Shown: positions 24,045 to 35,625, counted from the whole stretch's first letter. The stretch: DNA of 64,000 nucleotides, filler included, from Piptocephalis cylindrospora (GCA_003614145.1; 7 parts of 7 records of this genome joined end to end with filler, not necessarily neighbours in it), one strand, 5' to 3'. A program made the numbers and translations. The notes: generated by a model not told the origin, from the sequence alone.

Positions 24045-24781
24045 ATGCTTTGTCGAATGGGCCTTGGCTTGACCAGTGACTTGTTGCCTATACGGCATCT
24101 GACGCGACCTTTCCTTTCGGCTGGACTAGTCTTTGCCAGAGGCGCTGCCTATCGACCGCCACTCACCATAGTATCCCGCAGGCCGCCACCAGATATCCCG
24201 CAGGGAAAGGACGAAGTTCCACGCAATCCTCGTCCACTTCCGGCCATGACCACTGAAGAGGTCAGTGCCCACTTTGTCAACCGGAGCCTTTCTTTTGCTT
24301 GCACCGACGCCTTTACCCTGAAAGTATCCCCATGGCCTCGCTGCGCTGTCGTTCGTGGTAAGATGATCGTTCCTTTCCTCTTTCAGCCCTCCACCCCCAT
24401 TTGACCGCCCTCCCGTCCGTCATTTCATAGATAAAAAAACCTACGAAATCCTCATAGGTCCTCGTGTTGCTTACGTCAATTCCAAAAAATCGGTAGATAA
24501 CCGAGCCGTCTATCGGAATAGGGCGCGACGTCGACTTGATCGCGCCGCCAAGGCCATCCTCCCCCTCTATGCCCAGCCACGTAAGTTTATACTTTGAAAG
24601 GCATTTCAGGGAGACGGAGCAATTCGTATATATCTTCCAATCTCACTCCCAATCTTCCTCAGGATATGATTATGTCTTCTTTCTCCGGGAACCTTGTATC
24701 ACCCAGCATATGGATGTGCTGAAAAATAATATCCTTTTGGCCTTGAAGAGGGTCCATTGTCTAAGGCTTCCTGTGAAATGA
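24045..24781 (+). CDS. rnpA: Bacterial-type ribonuclease P protein (RnpA-like) with probable mitochondrial presequence; exons 24045-24357, 24431-24580, 24663-24781
   Basis: Spliced product ...AFTLKVSPW...GPRVAYVNSKKSVDNRAVYRNRARRRLDRAAKAILPLYAQPRYDYVFFLREPCITQHMDVLKNNILLALKRV matches RnpA PRxGxxVSKK...AVxRNRxKRxLR...DxVxxxR. Both introns are GT-AG with compatible phases. Confidence 0.82.
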
Positions 24782-24981
24782 TATTCCATCGGATTGGTGG
24801 GAATTGACAGGATCATTGATGTCCCGAACCAAGTGAATAACCAAACAATCATACGCTTCAGACCCACCCACTCAAATACAATGTAAACATTAACTTATAA
24901 GGACCCATGACATTTCATTTTTGTCAATAATAATTCCCTCATACTCAGAGATGGCAATCAAGCTCCGATACATCACACATT

Positions 24982-27937
24982 TTACTCCACGGCCAATCCG
25001 TCGAAAAATCCATGAGACATGGCCTGTAGCCTCCAGATCCGCTCATCCTGAGGAATCGCCGCGTTAGACCAGGATGCCATGTCTTGCGTCGTATCCTAAA
25101 GAGGGCGAGTGAAACAATAGGAGATGAGCGTGTACCCACATCCTGACCCTCTTCCCCACACGCTCCACACTCACCTCCTCCACGCCCAGCTCAGTCATCA
25201 TCCTTGTGAGCTGACGAGCCATCTTGGCCAAGCACACCTGCCACGCCAAATCATCTTGTTCCTCGACATCCTCCTGGTCTCGGGGACCGTTGATGCCTTC
25301 AGGGAATCCCATAACCGGCACTTCACTTTGCCACTCGCGTCGCGTATCCGCTCCCTCGGCCATCTTGCCCAGAGCCACGAGTAACGTTTTGATCCGGACG
25401 GCGAAATCCTTCACCGGTCCCTCCACACCTCTTTGCGGATTCAATGCGGCTCCCTGCTTCTTCCAAGTCCCATGAACTTGACGGAATGACTCAGAAAGAG
25501 AGACAAACTCCAAAAAGATCCATCCTCCTGTCTCCCAGTAGGCCTTGGTGCCCCCACCCTCACCCATTTCCTCATCGTCTTTCATCTTAGGGCCGCCCGG
25601 TCCATCCCTGACGTGTAGCCCCACCCGAATAGCTTCGAGCTGAGCCTTGAGCTTGTCCAACCGACCCTCCAGGATCCAGTCAGCCGCCAGATCATGAATG
25701 ATCTTATCGTGTGCCTCCTTCCATTGCCCCGCACGAATAAGCCAATCTACCTCCTCCTCCACAGCACCCTCCCATCGAGCCCGGGTTGCCTTGGCCTCCC
25801 AAGCCCACGTCATGGGAATCCGGAGCTTTTCCTTCAGGAACATCTCCTTTGCTCCAGCATGGCCTAGCTCATCCGAGTGTCGGCTCAGAAGATCCCTAAT
25901 TGTCCTTTCTCGAATCGTCCTATCCTTCAACCAAGAAAGGGCGTAGATGGCCCATTCCCACAGACCAAGACATTCGAGCTCCCAAGCCAAATCTTCCGTC
26001 AGTCTGGTCCCTCCCAGATCTTCCCCATCCTTCCAATGCCCCAGGGGTCCCATGAGATGAGAGAGCTGCCAGCCCAGGCGGTAATCCAGGGGAGAGGGGC
26101 CATAATTCCGAGGTTGCAGAAGTTCCTCCAGGGGATACGAACCCTGCCGTCCATAGAGCTGAAGGATGTGGTAAAGAATATCGCTAGCGTCACCTTGAGA
26201 ATTCTTGGAAGCGACTGTTCCTTGCTCGTACCAAGGTACCGCCCGGGTCATTCCAGGGACGTTTTCACGTAACATCCCATCAAGCTGTTTAACCACATCC
26301 TCGATCCCTGCATCATCATTCCCAGTGTACCAGAGAAGCAGACCGAGGAGCCGCTTCCAATCCAGGCCCTCCCCCACCCACCCCTCCTGTTCGACCCGTC
26401 CAGTACCCCGGTCTAGGGAGGTATAGGCCCCGACATTGCCTCCCAGTAAGCTCCAAAGACGCTGTCGATCCGCCCCACCAATCCAGGCCCATCGCTCCCC
26501 CTGTCCATCACGGGTTTTCCTCCAAGCCTCTACCTGTCCCCTCACCTCCTCTTGACATCCTGATCCCCCTCCCACCTGGGCAAGAAGGGTAGCGAGGCGA
26601 AGGTTCCCCTGCCGTGCCGCCTCATCACAAGCCGCGACTACACGATTTCCACTAAGGAGGGCAAAAATAATACGGGCACCTACTTCTCCCCTCTGATGTT
26701 CCCCTTCACTCGGGTCCAAGCTCACATTTCCTTGATCCTCGGTTTGTCTCCGAGAGGGTAGGGGCTGACCAAGACTTTGGCGAACTTTCAGATCATCCAT
26801 GTCACCCCGAGCTCTATCCAGGTCCCGGTCTACTTGGGGACGTACCGCCGATTCTAGCCATCGAGATAGGGCCAAACGCCGCTTTCCCTTCAGCTCCACA
26901 TCTGTACCCTCCAAAGGATCAAAGAGCGCTGCCGCCAAACCCCAAGTCAAACCCTCAATGGAATGCTGAGCCCCAGGATGAAGCGCCCCTTGCAGATGAC
27001 CCAATCGGGAAAGGGTCATCCCCGGAGTCCATTTGGCCTGGCCGGCCCCTCCGTCCACCTCCTCCCAGGTTGTCATGGCTAGCTGAGCCTCAAGGGCTTT
27101 AACATGCCCCTCCACCATCACGCCTCTCTCCACCACATCCACAGGAGAGGGGAAAGGACCAGCGACCAGAGAGGGTACTTTTGATCCCAGTTGTAGCCCA
27201 GTAATAACCACGCCATATTCATCCCTTTCCATCTCCTCAATCGATTCAGCGCTCCCCGTCGATTCGCCAAGGTCCATAGCCTCCTCTTTAGCTTCCTTCC
27301 ACAACTGCTTAAATCCCACAACTCTCCCCGTGTGCACCAGTGTCATCCCCCCGAGTCCAACGCCCCAGCCCGCACGGAAGCTCCGGCCAAGGCTCAGGCA
27401 CGCATCCGACACATACCCCTCCTTGCCATAGGAAATGGACTCATGCAAGGCAACCCTACGATACTTGATGGAAGGAAGAGGGGAGGATGTGAGGTCCCTT
27501 ACCCCTGTTCCTACCATGGCTGGGTACTGCAGGGTCGAGGTGCCCAAACCCCTACTTTCTTCCTTGTCCTGTGGACCTGAGGCCAGAAGATCCATTTGGC
27601 TCCGCATCCGCAACCTCCCATTACCCATCCCCTCTTCCTTCTCCCCGGCTCCACGCTTGTACCGCATTAACACGTCCATCACCCTTTCCTCCTCGACCCT
27701 CCCTTCGCCCCTTTTAGCTGGTTCGGAAGAACCGCTGAACGAAGTCATTAGAGGGCTGCCTTTCAACTTACCATTGAACTTCCTCACGCTCTCCTCCTCC
27801 ACCACTTCATTTTGCCCCACCGACCCTTCCATCGTTTCCTTGTCCTCCACATCATCACCCTCCACATTATCGTCCCCATTCTGCCCCATCGCCGCATTTC
27901 TTCTATTCGCCAGCTCCTTACCCTCATCCCCCCCCCC
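24982..27937 (-). CDS. NUP145: Nup96 (C-terminal half of the Nup98-Nup96/Nup145/Nup189 precursor)
   Basis: DACLSLGRSFRAGWG, LSRWLESAV, IFALLSGNRVVAAC...NLRLATLLAQ, LDWKRLLGLLLWY, PLDYRLGWQL, LECLGLWEWAIY. Final exon ends at TAA 24982. Confidence 0.9.
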
Positions 27938-28777
27938 TCCTCCATCACCATGTGGTCCCTACCACGTGGCGCCAAAAAATTCGCGTTTTTTTTTTTCTCG
28001 TCAAAATCCAATTCTCCAACCTTCCCCTCCATGCCTATTGGTCTTCCCAGGTCGGCCGTTGGGACAGGCAGGAGTAGTGGGCGTTCGGAGCAGCTGATGC
28101 CTCGAAAGGGCATTAAGTCTCTGGAACTTTCGGGGCTTCCTCAACCCCCCCACTGAGCAACAGGAAGAGGAAAAGGGGACGACAGGATCAGGAGATGAAG
28201 CGGAGAAGACTCATTCTCCCTCTTCATCTGACGCCGCCTCGTCAGCTTTGGTCGCCCCCGGGCCCGCTGGGCCCACTGGATCCTCCTCTTTTGCTTCATC
28301 CACCAAATCGGACGATAGCTATTGGATGTACCCTCCGTACGAGCAGTTGCGGAAAATGAGTAAGGATGCTCTGAGCAGAATCGAGGACTTCCGGGTGGGT
28401 CGACGGGGTCATGGACAAGTCAGATTTCTCCGGCCCGTTGACCTTACAGGTATATCCATCCTTGCGGCTATCCCGGGTAATCTGGTACTCTTTGAGCGCA
28501 AGGGCTGCACTGTCTACCCAGATGAGGCAACCAAACCTGCCCGTGGGGAAGGTCTGAATATCCCAGCTCAGATTACTCTGGAGCGGATTTGGGTGGTGGA
28601 CCGGGCCATGCGTCGACCTATCGTGGATGAAGCCGATCCCCGGTTCCAGGCCCATGTGACCAAGTTGCGATCCGTGACTGACACTGAGTTCATTGAATAC
28701 CTGGGTGATAAGGGTACTTGGGTCTTCCGAGTGCAGCATTTTACCCGGTACGGCCTCAACGATGGCCAGGAAGGGGG
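27938..28777 (+). CDS. NUP145: Nup98 autoproteolytic (peptidase S59) domain of the same precursor, inverted relative to Nup96
   Basis: YWMYPPYEQLRKMS...FRVGRRGHGQVRFLRPVDL...TVYPDE...GEGLNIPAQITL...GTWVFRVQHF/TRYGL. Upstream PRKGIKSLEL lies in another frame (C7 run ~28145-28151). Confidence 0.9.
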
Positions 28778-28877
28778 NNNNNNNNNNNNNNNNNNNNNNN
28801 NNNNNNNNNNNNNNNNNNNNNTTAATTAATTAANNNNNNNNNNNNNNNNNNNNNNNNNNNNNNNNNNNNNNNNNNNN
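28778..28877. other. Artificial contig linker
   Basis: N44-TTAATTAATTAA-N44. Confidence 0.98.
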
Positions 28878-28932
28878 CGCATCGTTGAGGGTGGGTTAAA
28901 GGACGGCTATGTCAGAGAAAAGGAAATGATTG
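28878..28932. repeat. 55-bp exact inverted copy of 29487-29541 at contig start
   Basis: CGCATCGTTGAGGG...GGAAATGATTG is the reverse complement of CAATCATTTCC...CAACGATGCG. Confidence 0.95.
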
Positions 28933-29034
28933 TGTGGGCGTATGAAGTGAAGGGGTGGGCTTGAAACTGGAAGGGGGAGGGGAGAAAAGATGGAGGTGTC
29001 GATGTCGTGAAGAAGTAGGGGAGAAATGAGACGA

Positions 29035-29040
<6 letters not shown>

Positions 29041-29070
<30 letters not shown>
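29041..29070. repeat. (GA)15 microsatellite
   Basis: Direct read. Confidence 0.95.
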
Positions 29071-29075
<5 letters not shown>

Positions 29076-29536
29076 GTAGGATGACGAGGAAAAAGGAGGA
29101 TGAAGAAAGGATGGGAGGAGACCGAGCGGGTCCAATGCTCACTCAGCTTTAAATACTCTAATGGCAAGGCATTGTCTAACGAGCCCTCCGTCTCCATCTC
29201 CGACTTCGTCTCACTCCCCCTGTTCTCTTCAAAGTCCGATTGCTTGGATAATTCAACCCCGTCTTCATAGTTATGTTGGGTCATGTTTAGTTTGCATTCA
29301 AAGGTTAAAAGACGTAATGTTCATTCAGCTCCCGTGTATCCCCAACATGAGAAACCCCCGGAGAAGAGGGATCAGGGTCATTACATTACTCATGCCCATC
29401 CATAGAGATTTGGCCAAAGGTATGGCCCGGGACGCCAAGGTGGAGGATTCGCCCACCACCAGCGACCACGGGATCCCTCGTCTTCCCAATCATTTCCTTT
29501 TCTCTGACATAGCCGTCCTTTAACCCACCCTCAACG

Positions 29537-29998
29537 ATGCGATTCTCTGCCAATATCATTTCCTCCATTGTTTTTCTTGGCGTAGGTCTCCTGGTCACTG
29601 CACTGGCTCACCCGATTCCCAATGCGCCTCAGGTGATACTCCAGCCGGGCTCGCCAACCTATGATGAGGCGATGGAAAATCGGCGTCGATTTGAGCAAGC
29701 TTCGGATGCTGTTGCAGATCAGTTTATCAAGGAGGATGATCTCAGACAACAGCGCGAACAGAACCTGAACTTGGCCCAAGAGGAGGCACGGCAGCAGGAC
29801 GCCAATAACCAAGGAGCGTCACCTGGAGGCTTCTGGGGGAAAATGGGTAAGCTGACGGAGAAGACGCGGTACCGCTTTGGCCATCTGGGTGAGCGGGTCA
29901 AGGACCGTGGACAAACTATCAAGGAGAAATTCCGCTCTGGAGAACATGATGAGGTTCGGTCTCGTAGGACCGTTCGTGATGCTGAAATTGATGACTGA
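29537..29998 (+). CDS. Small secreted orphan protein (153 aa), Cys-free, predicted helical
   Basis: Signal peptide MRFSANIISSIVFLGVGLLVTALA/HP, Gln/Glu-rich coil, basic C-terminal segment. Confidence 0.75.
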   Translation: MRFSANIISSIVFLGVGLLVTALAHPIPNAPQVILQPGSPTYDEAMENRRRFEQASDAVADQFIKEDDLRQQREQNLNLAQEEARQQDANNQGASPGGFWGKMGKLTEKTRYRFGHLGERVKDRGQTIKEKFRSGEHDEVRSRRTVRDAEIDD

Positions 29999-30426
29999 TG
30001 ATCGAGAGGTGAGTAATGGCTATGCTATATATTTTTCATCCAAATGTTTTCCGGTGGAGACGGAAGGATTATTCATACTGTTCTTTGATCCTTCTTGTGC
30101 GGGGGGACTTGCCCTTACAACCTTACATACGTCTGCGGGAAACAATGGTAGTATGGTATAATTTAAAAGCTCATGTGTGAAGGAGTGGGGACTAGAGGGT
30201 CTCACATTGAGTATGGATGATTGACTAGGGAGGGAGAGGGAAGGATATCTCCTCTACAAGCGTGAGCTTTACGGAGAAGTAGTGACACCACACGACCCGC
30301 CAACACTTTTTTTTATAGTGCCAATCCAGAGTGTCATTGTCCTGGCTTCGGGCAGTAAAGGTCAGAATTCTCTTCCTTACCTCATCCATCTCACCCTCTT
30401 TCTCATCCCCGTTCAAGTATCCTGTC

Positions 30427-31340
30427 ATGCCTCGTCCAAGCTACGGTGAAAGGGCCAAGAACCAAAAGAATCCCCTAGCCCAGGGGTTTCTCGAGCTCAT
30501 GGAGAGGAAGCAGAGTAACCTGTCGGTGGCTGCTGATGTCTCGAGCAAGGCCGAGTTGCTGGAACTTGCCAACGTGCTTGGCCCCTACATTTGTCTATTT
30601 AAGGTACATGGTGCTAAGGAGGGTAAGGCCAAGGCACATCTCCCTCACCTGATTTTCCTCTTCTATAGACCCATATTGATATCGTAGAGGATTTTGACCA
30701 GGATTTGGTGGATCAATTGACCGCTTTGGCCAAGAAGCACGATTTTTTTATCTTTGAGGACCGCAAGTTTGCCGATATTGGTAGGTCGAGCCATTGAATG
30801 CCATCTTGACATCGTGACCCCAATTTATGCATCACCCATCTCCTTCTTTCCATAGGCAATACGGTGCGTCTCCAGTATGAAAAAGGAGTGTATCACATTG
30901 CGGATTGGGCCCATATCACCAATGCCCACCCTATTCCAGGTCCAGGGATTATCACGGGCCTGGCTAGTGCAGGAGTTCCCCGTGGTCGGGGTCTCCTGCT
31001 CCTAGCGGAGATGTCCTCGGCTGGATCCTTGGCCACGGGCACTTATACGCAATCGACGATTGATATGGCCCTTGCTCATCCTGAATTTGTGATTGGATTC
31101 GTGGCTTCCCGTCGACTCACGGATCAGGCAGATTTCCTCTACATGTCCCCGGGCATTGGCCTGGACGTCAAAGGAGATGGGCACGGGCAGCAGTACCGGA
31201 CCCCAGCACAGGCCATTGAGGGAGGAAGTGATGTAGTGATTGTGGGTCGCGGCATCTACGGTCCAGGGAAGGATCGGGTGGCCGAGGCTAAGCGGTACCG
31301 GGAGGCTTCTTGGGCCGCCTACCTTACCTCCCTGGAATGA
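30427..31340 (+). CDS. URA3: Orotidine-5'-phosphate decarboxylase; introns 30604-30668 and 30781-30855
   Basis: [47 protein letters not shown] and IVGRGIY motifs. Confidence 0.97.
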
Positions 31341-31496
31341 AGCTCCTTGGGAGGGGGGGGAGAGATCGCTGTGGGATTGGAATAAAAACAGCAGATGGAC
31401 GCGCTCTATTAGCACGAGTACACAATCACGTTCTCTTCCTTCTTCTCACTCTTTCATGCCCTTTAGCTCTTGGATATGAAATATGGGACAAGGGGA

Positions 31497-32658
31497 TCAA
31501 GCTGAGAAAAAGTCCACTTTAGCCCCGCAAGCTGGACACTCATTCGGGGTCTCAAGAGCACATGCCTCACAGAGACACCGATGACCACAAGGCACACAGC
31601 GTATGGACCGATCTCCCTCGCCACACCCGGCGCAATGGTGAAGGCTTCGTCGTCTCCGCCGGGCCGCAACGACTTTTCGCCCCCGCCACATCCGATAGCC
31701 GCGCCAGGCTGCCAGACCCAGGAAGACCCCGAGGGAGAGGAGGACGAGGTACCGGACATACCGGGCCTCCTGCTTCTTTCTCTTGATCAGCTGACCAAAG
31801 GACTCCCGGGTCAGGACACCGGGCCATGCCGAAGGGCTTTGCTCAATGCGTAATTCAGGAAGAGAGGAAGATGCAGCAGTAGTAGTGGTGGCGGCGGCGG
31901 TGGCGGTGGTGGTGGTGGCCATTTCCTTTGCCCCAACATGACTAACCAATTCCCCGATTGCGGTGACGGTGGTACCGGAGGGAAGGCCCTTTTCCAGGGT
32001 AGAAGTGCCCAGGAGATTCCTCCCTCCACCTATATAGGCTGTGGATGAAGCCGGAGCATAGGACTCCGAAACGGTAAGGAGACCCAGATCTACCGGGGGA
32101 GTGGATAGCTGACCTATCCTTACAATGGGCCTCTGGGTCTCTGGATCATTGATGAAGAAGGGTAAACTTCGGAAGATCTTTCCAATAGACTCTGTTGTTT
32201 CTTTCCTAAGTGGTCATATGAGGGATAAGGATGAGATGAGGAGGGGATGGGGAGGAGGGGGAGAGTCGGGAGGCATATCCGTACCACGTATATCCTCCGT
32301 AAAAGCGCCGAAACATCTTGGAGATATGTTGCTTTGTTTCGCTCTATAGGGAAGGCGAATGAAATGAATCGAAACGAAATGCGATGAGTGAATAGGAGGA
32401 GGGTAAATCTGCTGTAGAATATGTTTTTCTCGCACTTACCAAATAAAGGACACAGGGAATAGAGGGAGTACCACAGGTCAGTGTTCGACCCGGGACCACG
32501 GGAGCCACCTCTCCAGTGATATAGACTAGGGAACCAGCGGGGCGCGGACTCGCCGGGTCATAGGGAGTTGCACTAGCCAGTCGATTCCCATAGCGTGTTT
32601 GGAGATGGTGGATCCAGTAGAGGGAAAGAAAGGCCGTACCACTGATAGCCACCTCCAT
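31497..32658 (-). CDS. MUL1/MAPL/SP1-like E3 ligase (TM-GIDE/BAM-TM-RING-HC), 3 exons
   Basis: Spliced: MEVAISGTAFLSLYW...LVYITGEV...CVLYL|SETKQHISKMFRRFYGGYTW|KETTESIGKIFRSLPFFI...EKGLPSGTTVTAIGELV...LRIEQ...TM...CAGC-x11-CGH-x3-CEAC-x7-CPAC. Confidence 0.8.
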
Positions 32659-33581
32659 GCTATTGGATGAGGAAGGGGTGAATGGGAGGGGAGAAGGAAA
32701 AGGGGGGGATAAGTATAGGATGAAGTGGACAAAGAAAAAAGGATCAAGTAAGCAGAGGCTGGGGAAAAGGAATGGATGAAGGAAGAGATGCGCGATCCTG
32801 CCTGGAGGCTCCTTTGTACACAGTAGACACTTGAGAGTCTTCCCAAGATATGGAGAGGTGCACGAGGGAAGGAGACGGCTAATGTGTATGTGTGTGTGTG
32901 AGGGAGGAGAGAGATGGAGTAGGTGTGCTGGGGCGGGGAGAGTGGTGGAGATGGAGGTATGGGAAGCGTAAGTATATGTAACTGACCCCAAATACAAAAC
33001 CCCGCACACATCCCTTAACTGCTAACTGCTACTATGCCCTAACCAAGCCAAGCTTGGTTGCCCACACAAGCCTTCATTGATGCGGATAAAGAGGATGTGA
33101 GCTGGGCAAGGCAGATACTTCCTAGTGTGAGCAGCAGCAACGACCAGCTCAGCCCATCCGTCTGGGTGTGGGATGGGCCTGGGCGGGGGAATTCGGAGTG
33201 TGTGAAAATAAGCTGAATTTGGAGTGAATGAGGATCCAATTGGAGCCAAATTTGGAGAGTAAGTATGGAGAGGAGGATGGTGCGTCAGTGAGAGATGAAT
33301 AACAAGAACATGACGTACACACGATGAAGCACTGACCACTCCTCTAGAGGATGCGTCCTGATCATGTTGGATTGGCGCGTCAGTCAGTCAGCAATGACAG
33401 CGGTACTAATCACCCGAATCATCTAATGTGTCTATACGCACTGTCATCCTGCATCACTCGTGGTAGTGGCTGGGTGTGCTGTGTGTATAAGGCAAGGTTG
33501 GATCATAATCATGTCCCTTAGCATAGTGATATACCACAAGGTTACCTCCCCCTTTCCCCCCTCCTTTTTCCTCTTCACGCG

Positions 33582-34531
33582 ATGAGCGCCTGGACTGATG
33601 TCATTGCTATTAGTGTCTTCGGGGGAGCTATCGTGACCTTGATGACCGTGAGGATCCGACAGACAGGAACACAGTTAAAGCAGCTGAGGGATGCCGTGCC
33701 CTGGAATCCCACGGGTCCACGAGCCTCGCTTGTATGGGTCGAGGGTTTGGCCAAGGCCCAGCCTGGGACCGCTCCACTTTACCTCACTCCCAGATCTGGT
33801 GTCGGATCCAGTCCCTATCTGCTTCATCATGTAAGCCCCAATCTCGACCGCAAGCATATATTCAACTGACGCCAACCCCCATTGGATAGACTCTCTCCAC
33901 CGAGTATGGTACACGGTGGAATCGATTTGAAGAGCGCACGTAAGTCATTCCCCCTCTGAGCGGATCGTCGTCGTAAAAGGATGTTTCTCATGCCCTTGCT
34001 ATCCCTAGAGAAGATTTTGTTAATACAAGGGCTAATCACCTACGATCCATTCCATTCACCATCACTCATACCCAAAACCCTGACTGGTCTATGCTGGTGC
34101 CCAAGCTAACCCAGAGGCCTGACGGCCTGCAGATGGAGCCGGTGAATTCCCGGATTGAACCACACTTCCAGTCTGGATCCATTAGCACGGTGGAGGAGGG
34201 ACTTCCCGAGGGCGTCCTGATCAGTGCGTGCGGCATGGCCGAGATGGGGCCTGATGGCTGGCAATTCCTCCTTCCTCCATCTACATCCCCCCGGCCATGG
34301 TGGTCCCGTTGGGGGCCCGCATCCTCCCCTGCCACTCCTCCTCTCCTCCTCCTTCGCGGAGGATGGGAGGATGGAGTGGAGAGGGTGGAGAGGGAGTTTC
34401 ATCGGTCCATTCGATGGTCCTCGTACATTGGTGTGGGCCTTGGGGCTCTACTCCTCTTATTTCTCTCCTCCTCCCGTCGTGTCCTGACGGGAGGAGAGGA
34501 TACCGCGAGCATCCAAGTTGAAAGAGGATAG
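33582..34531 (+). CDS. RING-less GIDE/BAM-like paralog of the adjacent MUL1-like gene; exons 33582-33830, 33890-33939, 34009-34531
   Basis: N-terminal TM, SLVWVEGLA, TLSTEYGTRWNRFEERT|EDFVNTRANHLRSIPFTI, EEGLPEGVLISACG, C-terminal TM, then stop. Intron phases 0 and 2 at positions equivalent to the paralog. Confidence 0.7.
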
Positions 34532-34860
34532 CGAGTAGACATTGGTCGATCTACTTTGAGGGAGAGAGAGGTTCTTGTCCATCACCATTATACTCTTTCA
34601 ATGAATGTCAGCGAAGGCCAGGGCTGACTCTACTTTGCTGCTTTCCCTGTTTAGACGTACACACTGGGAACCCTAGAGAGCCCTTACTGCCAAGGCGTTA
34701 TCTGTGCTGGCCACCATGTAAAAGACAATAACATGGGTCGAGACCCAGAAAAGAGGACTCTTTATTATCATTCCTACTTTACTCTTTCTCAACCACCTAT
34801 CTTTAAAACCTCCCCAATCCTCACTCACCCATCCACTCACTTGCTTCTTCTATACGCACG

Positions 34861-35625
34861 ATGAGTCGTAGTCGAGCCTGGCAAGTGGCGGCTTGGAGCC
34901 CGGTCTTCCTTACCGTGGCCCTATGGTCACCTTTTCCTGTCCTCATATCCGGCAAGTCCATGCAGCCTACACTTAACCCAGCTCGGCCTTCCTTTCTAAA
35001 ACGAGACCTCGTGCTATGTCTTCCTGCTTCCTTTAAAAAGTCATGTCGGGGGGACGTAGTGATATTACGGTACGTGTTGTCCTGGATGGGATGGTAACTG
35101 GGCTCACGGCTCACCTTTCCTCCACGTCAGCTCCCCGTTAGACCCATCATTACGGCTGGTCAAACGAATAGTCGCATTGGAGAATGATCACGTTCGGTTG
35201 TCCCCTGAGGACGCCAAGCAGATCCTCGAGATGGAGGAGGACAAGGAGAGCAAGAATGAAGCGCTGGGTCTGTATCGAAAGATCCCGGAAGGGTCCCTTT
35301 GGGTTGAAGGAGATGCTCCGTCCTACTGTTCGCAGGATTCCCGATTCTTTGGCCCTGTAAGTTGGTGAATCGGGAGTGGATGATCTTGGCCCATCCTAAT
35401 TATCATTTCATGCTCCATCAGATACCCAAACCATTGATAGAAGGATATGCACAATACATCCTATGGCCCCCATCTAGGATGGGAAGAGTCCCTCGCGAAA
35501 CGCCTAGCACGAGTGGAGATTGGACTGAGGTATGGGAGGAGGAGAGGGAGAAGGGTCGCGTGGATCGAGGCTTCTGTCCTCCCTTGTCCCAGACGGTCAA
35601 GGGGAAGTATCCATGGGCATGGTGA
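34861..35625 (+). CDS. IMP2: Mitochondrial inner membrane peptidase subunit (S26, Imp2-like), 3 exons
   Basis: ISGKSMQPTLNP (catalytic Ser), RGDVVILRSP...LVKRIVALE (Lys), IPEGSLWVEGD, SQDSRFFGP, ILWPPSR. Confidence 0.88.

Noticed and set aside
28735..28750. HFT instead of HFS at the Nup98 autocleavage site
   Set aside because: Thr can serve as the nucleophile and, as I recall, occurs in other fungal Nup145 proteins. Not novel.
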